64,000 bases of DNA from Gemmatimonadota bacterium (GTDB lineage: Bacteria > Gemmatimonadota > Gemmatimonadetes > Palauibacterales > KS3-K002), in NCBI GenBank assembly GCA_039586755.1, contig JBDHJU010000011.1:14412-78411 (forward strand), in the 5' to 3' direction. Below the pieces are notes generated by a model, which was given only the letters and a program-made list of their open reading frames with translations, was not told where the DNA came from and made no database searches. Made by a program: the position numbers and the translations under genes. Of the stretch, positions 7,957-17,190 are shown piece by piece. Positions within the stretch are counted from its first letter, which is position 1; each line of letters begins with the position of its first letter.

Positions 7957-8988
7957 CTAAACGATGAACGGGAGGCCGAGTCCCTTGGTGATCGCCTTGG
8001 CCCCGGCGAAGAGCAGCAGGGCGATGACGACCCAGCGAACGAACCCCGGCCTCGCGATCCGCAGGATTCGTACGCCGATAAACGACCCCAGCATTATGCC
8101 TACCAGTGACGGCACTACCATCATTGGGATTACGGCGCCCTTGTTAACATAGATCCAGGCCGCCGACGTGTCAGTGATTGACAAAAGGAATTTGCTGGTC
8201 GCCACACTGACCTTGAGCGGCGCTCCCATCACCAGGTTCAGAACCGGGATGTTGGCCCAACCGGCGCCCAGTCCGAACATCCCCGCCATCACGCCTATAA
8301 CAATGAACAGTAGCAAGCCGGGCACAGTACGGTGAACCTTCCAGTTGATCGTCTGACCCATGCTCGCCTCTGTGTACACGCCACAGATCCGCAACGCCGA
8401 AGAGACACGGTCTGGCTCAGCGACCTCCGGGAACACCGATTTCTTCGCTGCGATCATTATCGCGACAATCCCCAGGATGGTCGCTCCGAGGGCTGTCTGG
8501 ACAATATTCGTCGGTAGAGCGAGGCCGATCATCGCTCCGACGATCGCACAAGTCGAGGCGATCAGGGCCACAGGCATCGCCAGGCGCAGGCTGGCCAGGT
8601 TCATCTTCAGGAAGCCCGGCCCGGCGGCGAGCGCGCCGCTTAGCGCCACCAGAAGCCCACAGCCGCGAACGAAGTCGAGGTGGAAGGGAAAGAACCCACT
8701 CACGATCGGAACGAACAGAACGCCTCCGCCCACACCGCCCAGAGCCGCGAGGATGCCCATGACGAACGTGAGCACGAACAGGATGAGCGGCCACACCCAC
8801 CATGCTGTCGTGCTGCTGGAGACCGCTGGCGCCGTCAGATCGCTCGCCTGGATGACGGTTGGGTAGAGCAGCAGGAAAAGGCAGAGAAGTGCGCCCGTAA
8901 GATACGGCATGAATCGTCGCGTTCCTAAGATGTTCACCTGGCCTCGACTCGGGGTTCCACGCGACATCGTGATAATCGCACGATTCAA
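7957..8988 (-). CDS. TauE/SafE (DUF81) family sulfite/anion exporter
   Basis: 343 aa polytopic protein with the duplicated GxGGG motif LAALGGVGGGVLFVPIVSGFF and a second-half repeat. Confidence 0.75.
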   Translation of the reverse strand: MNRAIITMSRGTPSRGQVNILGTRRFMPYLTGALLCLFLLLYPTVIQASDLTAPAVSSSTTAWWVWPLILFVLTFVMGILAALGGVGGGVLFVPIVSGFFPFHLDFVRGCGLLVALSGALAAGPGFLKMNLASLRLAMPVALIASTCAIVGAMIGLALPTNIVQTALGATILGIVAIMIAAKKSVFPEVAEPDRVSSALRICGVYTEASMGQTINWKVHRTVPGLLLFIVIGVMAGMFGLGAGWANIPVLNLVMGAPLKVSVATSKFLLSITDTSAAWIYVNKGAVIPMMVVPSLVGIMLGSFIGVRILRIARPGFVRWVVIALLLFAGAKAITKGLGLPFIV

Positions 8989-9183
8989 CCTGATGCGAGA
9001 TATGCTCGGCGGCGCGCGGTGTCAAGCTGAGCGGAGTGTGGGCTGTCTCATCGCTGGAGAAAGGTCGAGCAATATGATATCTTGCGGTGGCCGCTTTTCT
9101 CGTGCGAGGCCTCGCGACGTATTGCGCCTCGCGAGTCCGAAGGCGCTCAGCATCCACGCGAGCCCACATGTGGGCCAGGAGTC

Positions 9184-9834
9184 ATGAGCACGACTGAAGA
9201 TCGGGAAGCGGCGTTTATAGGCAAGATAACCGCCGGCGCCACCCATGAGCTCCGCAACGTTCTGGCAATCGTAAAAGAATCTGCGGGCCTGATCGAAGAC
9301 ATCGTCAATTCCCCCGACAAACCTGGGACAGATAAAGCCGACAGGCTAATGCGGCCGATTGCGCGGATTCGGGACCAGGTCGAGCGCGGATCGGAGCTCC
9401 TCACGAGCCTGAATCGATTCGCCCACAGCATGGATCACGCAGAGGACGAGACCGACCTGAACGAGATGGCCGAGCTGCTCGCGTTCCTATGCCAGCGAGC
9501 GGCCAGAAGGGGGAGGCATCTGGTAGAAGCGCAGCCGGGGGACCAGGCCCTGACGGTAGTGGCCAACCTGCTTCGGCTGCAGATGGCTCTGCACGCAGCC
9601 GTCGAGTGCTGTCTTGAGCAGTTGCCCGAGCGTGGCAAGCTGACCCTCAAGGCGGTTCGGCACGGAGATCGACCGGCGCTCGAGTTCAATGGTGAGTCCG
9701 AGGGTGAGGCAGTTTCATTCGTGCCAAACGAGGCCGCAGCTTGGAGCCGGCTGGCGGCGGTCCTCGACGACCTGGATGCATCGGTGGAGAAAGCCGAAGC
9801 AGAGCAGGGTTTCCGGCTCGCCCTTTCGGGGTGA
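9184..9834 (+). CDS. HisKA-domain protein with a degenerate (G1/G2-box-less) HATPase-like C-terminal region. Likely a pseudo-kinase or phosphotransfer protein.
   Basis: TAGATHELRNVLAIVKES is an H-box. The downstream region (ANLLRLQMALHAAVECC ... EQGFRLALSG) resembles N/G2 boxes but lacks DxGxG and GxGLGL. The ATG at 9184 is preferred over the ORF-track start at 9082. Confidence 0.55.
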   Translation: MSTTEDREAAFIGKITAGATHELRNVLAIVKESAGLIEDIVNSPDKPGTDKADRLMRPIARIRDQVERGSELLTSLNRFAHSMDHAEDETDLNEMAELLAFLCQRAARRGRHLVEAQPGDQALTVVANLLRLQMALHAAVECCLEQLPERGKLTLKAVRHGDRPALEFNGESEGEAVSFVPNEAAAWSRLAAVLDDLDASVEKAEAEQGFRLALSG

Positions 9835-9858
9835 TGCGAGCTTGGCAGTGGGGAGGAT

Positions 9859-10785
9859 TTGATGAGCAAAATCAAGCTGCTCCTCGTCGATGACGAAGAA
9901 GCCTACGTAAAGACGCTGGCCGAGAGAATGGAGATGCGCGACGTCGGCAGTCGCGTGGCCTTGAGCGGCGAAGAGGCGCTGGAGATGCTCGAGGACGAGC
10001 CGCCCGACGTGATGGTTCTCGACCTCCGCATGCCGGGCATCGACGGGATGGAAGTGTTAGAGCGGGTCAAGCAGAAGCATCCCCACGTAGAAGTGATCAT
10101 TCTCACCGGGCACGGCTCGGACAGAGAGGAAAAGGAGGCGCGCAGGCTGGGGGCGTTCGAGTACCTGCAGAAGCCGGCGGATACGAGTCACCTCCTGAAT
10201 ACCGTTCGGGCGGCTTGGCGAAAGAGCTTGAAGGCCGCCGCCGAGTTCATCAAGGACTCGCAGGAAGAATTCGACAGGAGCATGGCTGCGGCAGCTTTCG
10301 CTGAGGCGGGCGCGCCGGAGATCGCCAGGGAGACGATGCAGGAGTCGACCCCGCGACCCGACGTGGACACCGATGAAGCCGGCGCCGCGGAGGCCGACGC
10401 CGCCACTCAGACGCTCAAGGTCCTGTTCGTTGATGACGAAGAGGACTTCGTGCGGACCATGGCCGAACGAATGGAGATGCGCGACGTGGGCAGCGAGGTG
10501 GCGCTGGATGGACAGCAGGCATTGGAGATGCTCGAGGACGAAGTACCGGACGTCATGGTTCTCGACCTGCGTATGCCGGGCATCGACGGCTTGGAGGTAT
10601 TGCGGCGCGTCAAGAGGACGTATCCAGAGATGGCAGTGATCATCATGACCGGCCATGGGTCGGAGGCGGACGAAGCAGAAGCTCGCCGCTTGGGGGCGTT
10701 TGATTACCTGACCAAGCCGGTCGACATCAATCAGCTCATGGATGTTATCCGCGAAGCGGGTCGCTCGCGTCGGAAAGCGGAGTAG
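9859..10785 (+). CDS. Tandem-receiver (REC-REC) response regulator with no output domain
   Basis: Two CheY-like domains: (1) LLLVDDEEAY...DVMVLDLRMPGIDG...ILTGHG...EYLQKP and (2) VLFVDDEEDF...DVMVLDLRMPGIDG...IMTGHG...DYLTKP. All phospho-acceptor residues are present. Confidence 0.85.
   Translation: MMSKIKLLLVDDEEAYVKTLAERMEMRDVGSRVALSGEEALEMLEDEPPDVMVLDLRMPGIDGMEVLERVKQKHPHVEVIILTGHGSDREEKEARRLGAFEYLQKPADTSHLLNTVRAAWRKSLKAAAEFIKDSQEEFDRSMAAAAFAEAGAPEIARETMQESTPRPDVDTDEAGAAEADAATQTLKVLFVDDEEDFVRTMAERMEMRDVGSEVALDGQQALEMLEDEVPDVMVLDLRMPGIDGLEVLRRVKRTYPEMAVIIMTGHGSEADEAEARRLGAFDYLTKPVDINQLMDVIREAGRSRRKAE
9862..10745 (+). repeat. Intragenic tandem duplication: the two REC-coding halves (~9862-10190 and ~10420-10745) are ~80% identical at DNA level
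   Basis: The DVMVLDLRMPGIDG-coding stretches are near-identical. Antisense spurious ORFs are also duplicated (9903..10106 and 10407..10646). Confidence 0.7.
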
Positions 10786-10809
10786 GGATGGGCGGTCGGG
10801 TTAACGAAG

Positions 10810-12573
10810 ATGATGGTGGAGACGGTAAGCCTGGTTGACGGAACGGGGGAAGATCAAGATCAACTGATCTCCCGACGGCGCTACAGGAAGATGATTCTCG
10901 TGGCGGTGCTTTCGGTATCGGCTGTAGCCGTCGCTCCGCTTCTCATCATGTCGAGTATTACCTACCACCAGTATCAGGAGGCGTTCCGAGCTGAGCTGAC
11001 CCGCCCCATGCTGCGGTTCGCCGTGGCCGGTAAGCAGGCGATCGAGTCCTACCTCTCGGAGCAGGTAGCGGCTCTCGCCATGGTGGCGCGCGAGACGTCG
11101 CTCAAGGAGCTTCGTGACCCGGGAAGGTTGAGCTCGTTGCTCACCAACATGAACCAGACCTTTGGCGGAGTGGTCGAGCTCAGCATGATCAACGAGGGGG
11201 GCGTGCAGGTCGCCTATGCCGGTCCGGGGGAGCCGCAGGCGGTCAGCTACGCGGACGATCGGTGGTTCCGAGAGGTCAGCGCCCGCGGCACGTACGTTAG
11301 CGACATGTTCCTGGGGCACCGAAACGACCCCCACATGGTTGTCGCGATCCAGCACGAAGACTCGGAAGGGAATCGGTACATCTTACGTGCGACGCTCGAT
11401 ACCGATCCATTCCACTGGCTAGTGCGCGCTCGTACGGCCCGCCGTCCGGAACTCAACCAGGTCTGTCGCAGATGCCATTCGCTGGGGGCCCAACAATTCA
11501 GCGACGCGTTCATCGTCAACCGCGAAGGTGTCCTGCAGAGTTCCTCGCGTCTTTATGGCGGCGTGTTGGAGCGCACCCCCTTACCGACTTTTCCGTACAG
11601 CAGTCAGGTGGAGCTTGTCGATGTAGTGGACGAGCAGGGAGAGCCGCTCATCGTATGTTACGCGCAGATCGATCGCTCGCCGTTTACGCTGGTGGTGTTG
11701 AGTCCTCGCATCGCTCTGCACGCGGGTTGGTTCCCGCTGCGCCGCGACCTGCTGGTATTTCCGGCGATCAGCGTCGCGCTGATTCTGGCAGTCGTCATCT
11801 GGGGTTCGATCTACGTGGTGAACCGCGTTCGCGAGGCGGATGCAAAGCGCGCGGCGCTCTACCACAAGATGGAGTACACCAACAAGATGGCCGCTATCGG
11901 GCGCCTGGGTGCCGGTGTGGCTCACGAGATCAACAACCCGCTGTCGATCATCACCCAGAACGCGGGACTGCTGAAGGATCTGATCACGCTGTCCGAGGAG
12001 TTACCCCCGAGGGATAAGCTGACCCATCTGGTGAATTCGGTTCTCAACGCCGCCGAGCGCTGTGGTGGGATTACCCACCGTCTCCTGGGTTTCGCCAGGC
12101 ACATGGAAGTGCAATGGGAGACTATCGATCTCGATGGGTTGCTCAGAGAAGTCCTGGAGTTCCTTGGGAAGGAAGCCAGCTACCGTGACATCCAGATCGA
12201 ATTCAAATACTCCGGTACGCCGCCTCCCATCGTCAGCGACAGGGGGCAGTTGCAGCAAGTGTTCCTGAACATCGTCAACAATGCTTTCGCCGCAGTCGAT
12301 GATGGTGGGCAGATCGAGATTGGGATTGAACAGCTTGGGGACGACGCCGTTGCGGTGACCATCGCCGACGATGGCGTAGGCATTCCTGAGGAACAGCTGG
12401 GGCAGATCTTCGATCCGTTCTTTACGACGAAGAAAGGTGCGGGGACGGGCCTGGGTCTCTCCATTACATATGGGATAGTGCAAAAACTGGGTGGGCAGAT
12501 CAGCGTCGAGAGCAAGGTGGGTGAAGGTACCTGCTTCACAGTCACACTGCCGATACGTCGGGCGCACGCCTAG
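10810..12573 (+). CDS. Sensor histidine kinase with a periplasmic sensing domain (Cache-like)
   Basis: N-terminal TM (MILVAVLSVSAVAVAPLLIM), ~270-aa extracytoplasmic region, second TM, H-box AGVAHEINNPLSII, N-box NIVNNAFAAV, G1 DDGVGIP, G2 GTGLGLSITYGIV. Confidence 0.85.
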   Translation: MMVETVSLVDGTGEDQDQLISRRRYRKMILVAVLSVSAVAVAPLLIMSSITYHQYQEAFRAELTRPMLRFAVAGKQAIESYLSEQVAALAMVARETSLKELRDPGRLSSLLTNMNQTFGGVVELSMINEGGVQVAYAGPGEPQAVSYADDRWFREVSARGTYVSDMFLGHRNDPHMVVAIQHEDSEGNRYILRATLDTDPFHWLVRARTARRPELNQVCRRCHSLGAQQFSDAFIVNREGVLQSSSRLYGGVLERTPLPTFPYSSQVELVDVVDEQGEPLIVCYAQIDRSPFTLVVLSPRIALHAGWFPLRRDLLVFPAISVALILAVVIWGSIYVVNRVREADAKRAALYHKMEYTNKMAAIGRLGAGVAHEINNPLSIITQNAGLLKDLITLSEELPPRDKLTHLVNSVLNAAERCGGITHRLLGFARHMEVQWETIDLDGLLREVLEFLGKEASYRDIQIEFKYSGTPPPIVSDRGQLQQVFLNIVNNAFAAVDDGGQIEIGIEQLGDDAVAVTIADDGVGIPEEQLGQIFDPFFTTKKGAGTGLGLSITYGIVQKLGGQISVESKVGEGTCFTVTLPIRRAHA

Positions 12574-12582
12574 GAGCGGCAC

Positions 12583-12969
12583 ATGGACCCCTTACGTGTT
12601 CTGATCGTCGACGACGAAGCCGAGCTGGTCACCGCCCTGGAGGAGCGGCTCAACCTGCGGGGGTTCGAGGCCAGGGGTGTGACGACCGGCGCCGATGCGC
12701 TCGCGCTACTCGCCGAGCTGCCGTTCGATGTGGTGCTACTGGACTTGAAGATGCCGGGGCTCGGCGGGTTGGAAGTCATCAGGAGGATCAAGCAAGAGCA
12801 ACCGGGGCTAAAGGTAATCCTGTTAACAGGTTGGGGCTCCGAGGAAGACGCCGAAAAAGGGAAGGCACTCGGGGCCTACGACTACCTGATGAAGCCCGTG
12901 AAGATCAGCGACCTGGTGCGGGTCCTGCTCTCCGCCTGTGACCGGGAGGAGGAGGAAAGAGAAGAATGA
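12583..12969 (+). CDS. Single-domain CheY-like response regulator
   Basis: VLIVDDEAE...VVLLDLKMPG...LLTGWG...YLMKP. Confidence 0.85.
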   Translation: MDPLRVLIVDDEAELVTALEERLNLRGFEARGVTTGADALALLAELPFDVVLLDLKMPGLGGLEVIRRIKQEQPGLKVILLTGWGSEEDAEKGKALGAYDYLMKPVKISDLVRVLLSACDREEEEREE

Positions 12970-13397
12970 ACGAGAGCACCGTGCTGCTCGTCGATGACGA
13001 GGAGGAGTTCGTCGAGGTCTTGGCGGAACGGTTGGAGACGCGCGGTCTCACGGTGGACACCGCGGGGGACGGCGAGCTGGCGTTGGAGAAGGCGGGGAAG
13101 CGGTCGTTCGATGCCATCGTCCTCGATATGGCCATGCCGGGCATGGACGGCATCGAAACTCTCAAGGGGCTGCTCCGGATCAACCCGGACCTGCAGGTCA
13201 TTCTACTGACCGGTCGCGCGACCCTGGGCCAGGCGGTGGAGGCGATGAAGCTGGGGGCGTTGGATTTTCTGGAGAAGCCGGTAGACATCGAAACGCTGGT
13301 GGCGAAGATCGAGGAGGCGGCGACGAAGAAATCGTCACTCAAAGAGAAACGCATCGCGGACAAACTGTCCGACATCATGCGAAAGAAGGGCTGGTGA
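12966..13397 (+). CDS. Single-domain CheY-like response regulator (second copy)
   Basis: LLVDDEEEF...AIVLDMAMPGMDG...LLTGRA...FLEKP. Overlaps the previous gene by 4 nt. Confidence 0.85.
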   Translation: MNESTVLLVDDEEEFVEVLAERLETRGLTVDTAGDGELALEKAGKRSFDAIVLDMAMPGMDGIETLKGLLRINPDLQVILLTGRATLGQAVEAMKLGALDFLEKPVDIETLVAKIEEAATKKSSLKEKRIADKLSDIMRKKGW

Positions 13398-13927
13398 CAG
13401 TGGAAGCCATGAGGCGCATCAAGGAAATCATGATTCCCGTGGAGCAGTACCCCTCGGTGCGGGACAACGCCACGCTACGGGAAGCGATTGTGAAGATCGA
13501 GGAAGCGCAGCTCGAGGTCGAACTGCGCAAATCTCTGCCTCGTGTGCTGTTGGTGTTCGATGAGATCGACGTGCTGGTCGGGACGGTTCGGCGCCGCGAC
13601 ATCATGAGAGGTTTGGAGCCGAAGTATCTGCTTAGCAAGCCACTGGAGTACAAGAAGAAGCTGTTTGATATAGCTGTAGATCCCAATCTAGCGGAGCTTT
13701 CCTACGATCGGGTCGTACGAGGGATCAGGGAGCAGTCGAATAGGCCGGTGAGCGATGTGATGCAACCGATTCCAGCGATCCTCGATGCCGAGGATCACGT
13801 CATGAAGGCAGTGCAGGCGATGGTCGCTCTCGACGTCAACCTGATTCCGGTGCTTCGGGAGGGGAAGCTCGTCGGTGTCGTGCGGTCGGTCGACGCGTTT
13901 CACGACCTGGCCCAACTGGTGAGATAG
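13394..13927 (+). CDS. CBS-pair domain protein
   Basis: 177 aa with two CBS-like modules (IMIPVEQYPSV...; VSDVMQPIPAIL...VALDVNLIPVLREGKLVGVV). Overlaps the upstream REC gene by 4 nt. Confidence 0.65.
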   Translation: MTVEAMRRIKEIMIPVEQYPSVRDNATLREAIVKIEEAQLEVELRKSLPRVLLVFDEIDVLVGTVRRRDIMRGLEPKYLLSKPLEYKKKLFDIAVDPNLAELSYDRVVRGIREQSNRPVSDVMQPIPAILDAEDHVMKAVQAMVALDVNLIPVLREGKLVGVVRSVDAFHDLAQLVR

Positions 13928-13968
13928 TAGCGGCCCTATTTGGGACCGCTCGCGAGGTCGTCGCTACC

Positions 13969-15498
13969 ATGACCGATGAGGCGTTGTCCGAGAGAGTGAC
14001 AGCCATACCCGGCGCCGGGGGAGTCGAGCTGGCTCGCCCGAAGGGCGCCGATGAGACCCAGGAGGCTGATTGGAAGAGGATTGTCTTCATCCTGCTGGGC
14101 TTGGTTCTCTTCGTTCTGGTTTACATCGCGCCCATGCCGGATCCAGCGGTGGACCCACAGGGCCAGGCCTTCCCGCTGACGCGGGAGGGTAAGGCGGCGC
14201 TGGCTCTGTTCTTCCTCGCGGCGACCTGGTGGGTTACCGAGGTGATCCCCATCGGGGTAACCAGCATCGCTATCGGCGTGTTCCAGGCGCTGTTCTTGAT
14301 TCGCCCCGCCCGTGTCGCCCTCACCGATTTCATGGATCCGTCGGTCTGGTTCATCTTCGGCTCGCTGGTCTTCGGGATGGTCTTTACCAAGACCGGTCTC
14401 ACACGGCGGCTGGCGTACAAGATGCTGTCGCTGGTTGGAGAGCGGACGAGCATGATCTATCTCGGCTGTTACGTGATGACGGCGTCGCTGACGCTGGTCA
14501 TGGCGCACACGGCTGTGGCCGCCACCGTCTTCCCGCTCTTCCTCGCCATCTACGCCCTGTATACCGAAGAGAGTGAGCCGACGCGATTCGGTAAGGGATT
14601 GTTCATGGGGATGGCCTTCGTCGCCGGCGCCGGCAGCATCATCACGTTGCTCGGCGCCGCTCGCGGCGCGGTGGCGATCGGTTTCTTCCGGGACATCTCG
14701 GGCCGGACGATCAGCTTCTTCGAGCTGAGCTACTACATGCTTCCGGTCGGCTTGGTGATGACGGCCCTCCTCTGGGCCTACTTCATGCTCTACTACCCGC
14801 CGGAGGAGAAGACGATTCCCGGACTGCGGCAACGAGTTCAGAGCCTGTACGCCAGGCTGGGCCCCATCAGCCGTAACGAGATCATGGCTGTAGTGATCGT
14901 CTTCTCGACGATAGTAGTACTGAGCCTCCGCTCTTTCATTCCCGCCCTGGAGCCGCTCGACAAAAGTGCGATAATCCTCGTCGCTACGGTCCTGTTCTTC
15001 GTGTTTAGGGTCGTGTCATTGGAGGACCTGGAGCACACCTCGTGGAACATCGTGTTGCTGTTCGGCGGCGCGATGAGCATCGGTTTCTGCCTGTGGCAGA
15101 CGGGTGCGGCGGAGTGGCTGGCGGTAAAATGGCTTGGCCTGCTGCACGGCACACATTGGCTGTTCTTCGTGATTGGTGTGGCGGCGTTCGTTCTCGTGAT
15201 GACCAACCTGATCATGAACGTCGCGGCTATAGCTATCACGGTGCCGGTGGCGTTGGTCATTGCTCCATATGTAGGAGTTGCCCCCGAGGTGATCCTCTTC
15301 GCGTCGCTCGTTGCCGCGGGGATGCCCTTCCTGCTGCTGGTCGGCGCAGCACCCAACGCCATCGCCTACGCAAGCAACCAGTTCACTACGGGAGAGTTCT
15401 TCCGGGCGGGGATCCCGGCCAGCCTGCTGCTGCTCGTGGTGCTGGCGCTGTTCGTCTGGGTGATATGGCCGGCGATGGGGATGCCGGTGCTGTTATAG
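13969..15498 (+). CDS. DASS/SLC13-family sodium-coupled anion (sulfate/di-tricarboxylate) symporter
   Basis: 509 aa polytopic. FFLAATWWVTEVIPIGVTSIAIGVF and the C-terminal repeat AAGMPFLLLVGAAPNAIAY are characteristic of Na+/sulfate-dicarboxylate symporters. Confidence 0.8.
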   Translation: MTDEALSERVTAIPGAGGVELARPKGADETQEADWKRIVFILLGLVLFVLVYIAPMPDPAVDPQGQAFPLTREGKAALALFFLAATWWVTEVIPIGVTSIAIGVFQALFLIRPARVALTDFMDPSVWFIFGSLVFGMVFTKTGLTRRLAYKMLSLVGERTSMIYLGCYVMTASLTLVMAHTAVAATVFPLFLAIYALYTEESEPTRFGKGLFMGMAFVAGAGSIITLLGAARGAVAIGFFRDISGRTISFFELSYYMLPVGLVMTALLWAYFMLYYPPEEKTIPGLRQRVQSLYARLGPISRNEIMAVVIVFSTIVVLSLRSFIPALEPLDKSAIILVATVLFFVFRVVSLEDLEHTSWNIVLLFGGAMSIGFCLWQTGAAEWLAVKWLGLLHGTHWLFFVIGVAAFVLVMTNLIMNVAAIAITVPVALVIAPYVGVAPEVILFASLVAAGMPFLLLVGAAPNAIAYASNQFTTGEFFRAGIPASLLLLVVLALFVWVIWPAMGMPVLL

Positions 15499-15520
15499 GA
15501 GCGACTGCTGGCGTGAGGGA

Positions 15521-16339
15521 CTAGGGGTACGGGTCAAACCACTCGACGTTCAGGCGAACCTGATCTACGCCCGGTACCGAGCGGGCGATCTCCACGATCT
15601 CTTGCCCCATCCGGCCGGACTTGAGGGCCGGAGCGCTGCCGGATACCTCTATTACTCCGTCGTGCCCTTCGATCTGGAGATCGAGGACGCGAGTCTCGCG
15701 CGTGCTCGCCAGGGCGGCCTTGACCCGAGACGCCATACGGAAGTCCATGAGCTTTGCCTTCACTTCGGGGGTGACGGCGAAGTCCGGCTGCCTCACCGCC
15801 CGCGCCACGATATTGCAGGCGGCGGGCACCGACAGGGTCTGCAGGTTGATCACCATATCGTACAGTGCCGGATCCTCGATGTCCTCACCGTACATCATCT
15901 TGACCCAGCGGGCCCGCGCTGCGTCGACGTGCTGTATGTACTCTTCGGCTGAAGTCGGGGTCATTTCGTTACGCTCCAGCAGCGTAGACACTCGTGCGCC
16001 CATGGGAGCGATCAGGCGCACCCGCAAAACAGCTGGAAGTCCCGCGAGCAGCATTTGCCCAGCGCGACCGTGGTAGACCAGATCTCCGCCGACGGTGTGT
16101 TCGGCGAGGGCTGCCTGGATTGTCGCGATGTAAGCACGCCGTACCGACGCGTGCCGCTTCCACAATCTCGGGGCGCGCTCCATCGCGCGGCTCAGCTCCT
16201 GCTCTGAAATACCGAGCTCAGAGGCCGCATCCTGAAGGACCTCCCGCGCAACCAGCGGATACTGAAGTTCCTCAGCAAGGCATTCCGCCAGCGCCTGGCC
16301 GCCGCTTTGCGTGCCCCGACAAATACTTATAATAGCCAC
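15521..16339 (-). CDS. Cytidylate-kinase-like family (Cytidylate_kin2-type, no P-loop lysine) protein with a C-terminal BON-like domain
   Basis: N-terminus MAIISICRGTQSGGQALAECLAEELQYPLVAREVL. C-terminus VLDLQIEGHDGVIEVSGSAPALKSGRMGQEIVEIARSVPGVDQVRLNVEW. Confidence 0.6.
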   Translation of the reverse strand: MAIISICRGTQSGGQALAECLAEELQYPLVAREVLQDAASELGISEQELSRAMERAPRLWKRHASVRRAYIATIQAALAEHTVGGDLVYHGRAGQMLLAGLPAVLRVRLIAPMGARVSTLLERNEMTPTSAEEYIQHVDAARARWVKMMYGEDIEDPALYDMVINLQTLSVPAACNIVARAVRQPDFAVTPEVKAKLMDFRMASRVKAALASTRETRVLDLQIEGHDGVIEVSGSAPALKSGRMGQEIVEIARSVPGVDQVRLNVEWFDPYP

Positions 16340-16342
16340 GTC

Positions 16343-16990
16343 TCAGCCTTCTCCCGCCTGTTGGAGCTGCTCGCGGCACTTGGCTGCAAAGGCTGCGAGC
16401 TTCTGCTTCACATCGTCGGTCATCTCGTACTGTGGCTGTGCCGCCGCTTCTGCGATGATCTCGCACGCCGTCTCGAGGGAGATCGACTGCAGGTTGATGG
16501 TTAGATCGTATAACGAAGGATCCTCGACATCCGCCCGGTACATCAGCTTCACCCAACGCCGGCGGTCTTCGTCCACGTCTTGAATGAACTCCTCGGCCGC
16601 CTTATGGGTCATGCGGTGGTGCGAGTCCATCAATGCCCGCATGCGCATCTCGAGCGGCGCGATGAGCCGGACAGCCAGTACGCCGGGAAGCTCACGCAGC
16701 AGGAATTGCCCGGCCAGTCCGTGGTAAACCACTTCACCGGTCGTACAGTGCTCGGCCAGGGCAGTCTGAACGGCGAGCAAATACGTCTTGCGCTCCTGGG
16801 TCAGTCGAGCCCAGCGAGATGGGGTCGCCTCGAGCTTGCCGCTCAGATCCTCCTCTGACGCTCCTAACTTCTTGGCGGCCTCCTGAAGGATCTCGCGCCC
16901 GACGCAGGGATAGTTGAGCGCGCGGGCGAGACACTCCGCCGTCGCGCGGCCTCCGCTAAGCGTTCCACGGGAAATCGTAATAATAGCCAC
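16343..16990 (-). CDS. Cytidylate-kinase-like family protein, tandem paralog of the gene at 15521-16339
   Basis: MAIITISRGTLSGGRATAECLARALNYPCVGREILQEAAKKLG... aligns along its whole length with the downstream gene. 3-nt spacer. Confidence 0.6.
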   Translation of the reverse strand: MAIITISRGTLSGGRATAECLARALNYPCVGREILQEAAKKLGASEEDLSGKLEATPSRWARLTQERKTYLLAVQTALAEHCTTGEVVYHGLAGQFLLRELPGVLAVRLIAPLEMRMRALMDSHHRMTHKAAEEFIQDVDEDRRRWVKLMYRADVEDPSLYDLTINLQSISLETACEIIAEAAAQPQYEMTDDVKQKLAAFAAKCREQLQQAGEG

Positions 16991-17190
16991 GATGCGGTCC
17001 TTTCAGGCGCGTCGTTGGCATCTTTGGAGGTTGGGGGGGCAAATCGTGCCCAAGAACAAGATAGGGTCAAAGCCCGGGGGCGGGAAACCGGTGGCCTGTA
17101 GCTGCCCGCTTGTGAGTTGTGGGAACCTCGGGCAGATTGTCCCGGCCAATCCGACCCGAGTTACCGCAGACCCGCACAGGAGGATACGCC

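Noticed and set aside
8417-9169. 250-aa minus-strand ORF, Arg-rich
   Set aside because: Overlaps the TauE/SafE gene in another frame. Its composition (R/P/S/G-rich) is that of an out-of-frame GC-rich translation.
9862-10745. Possible CRISPR array or other tandem repeat locus
   Set aside because: Only two long (~330-nt) protein-coding repeat units with ~80% identity. There are no short spacer-repeat periodicity and no cas genes. Interpreted as an intragenic REC duplication.
11472-12582. Several 100-190 aa ORFs on both strands (11472..12017 +, 12001..12582 -, 12180..12545 -)
   Set aside because: All are nested in or antisense to the sensor histidine kinase gene, whose H/N/G1/G2 boxes fix the real frame.
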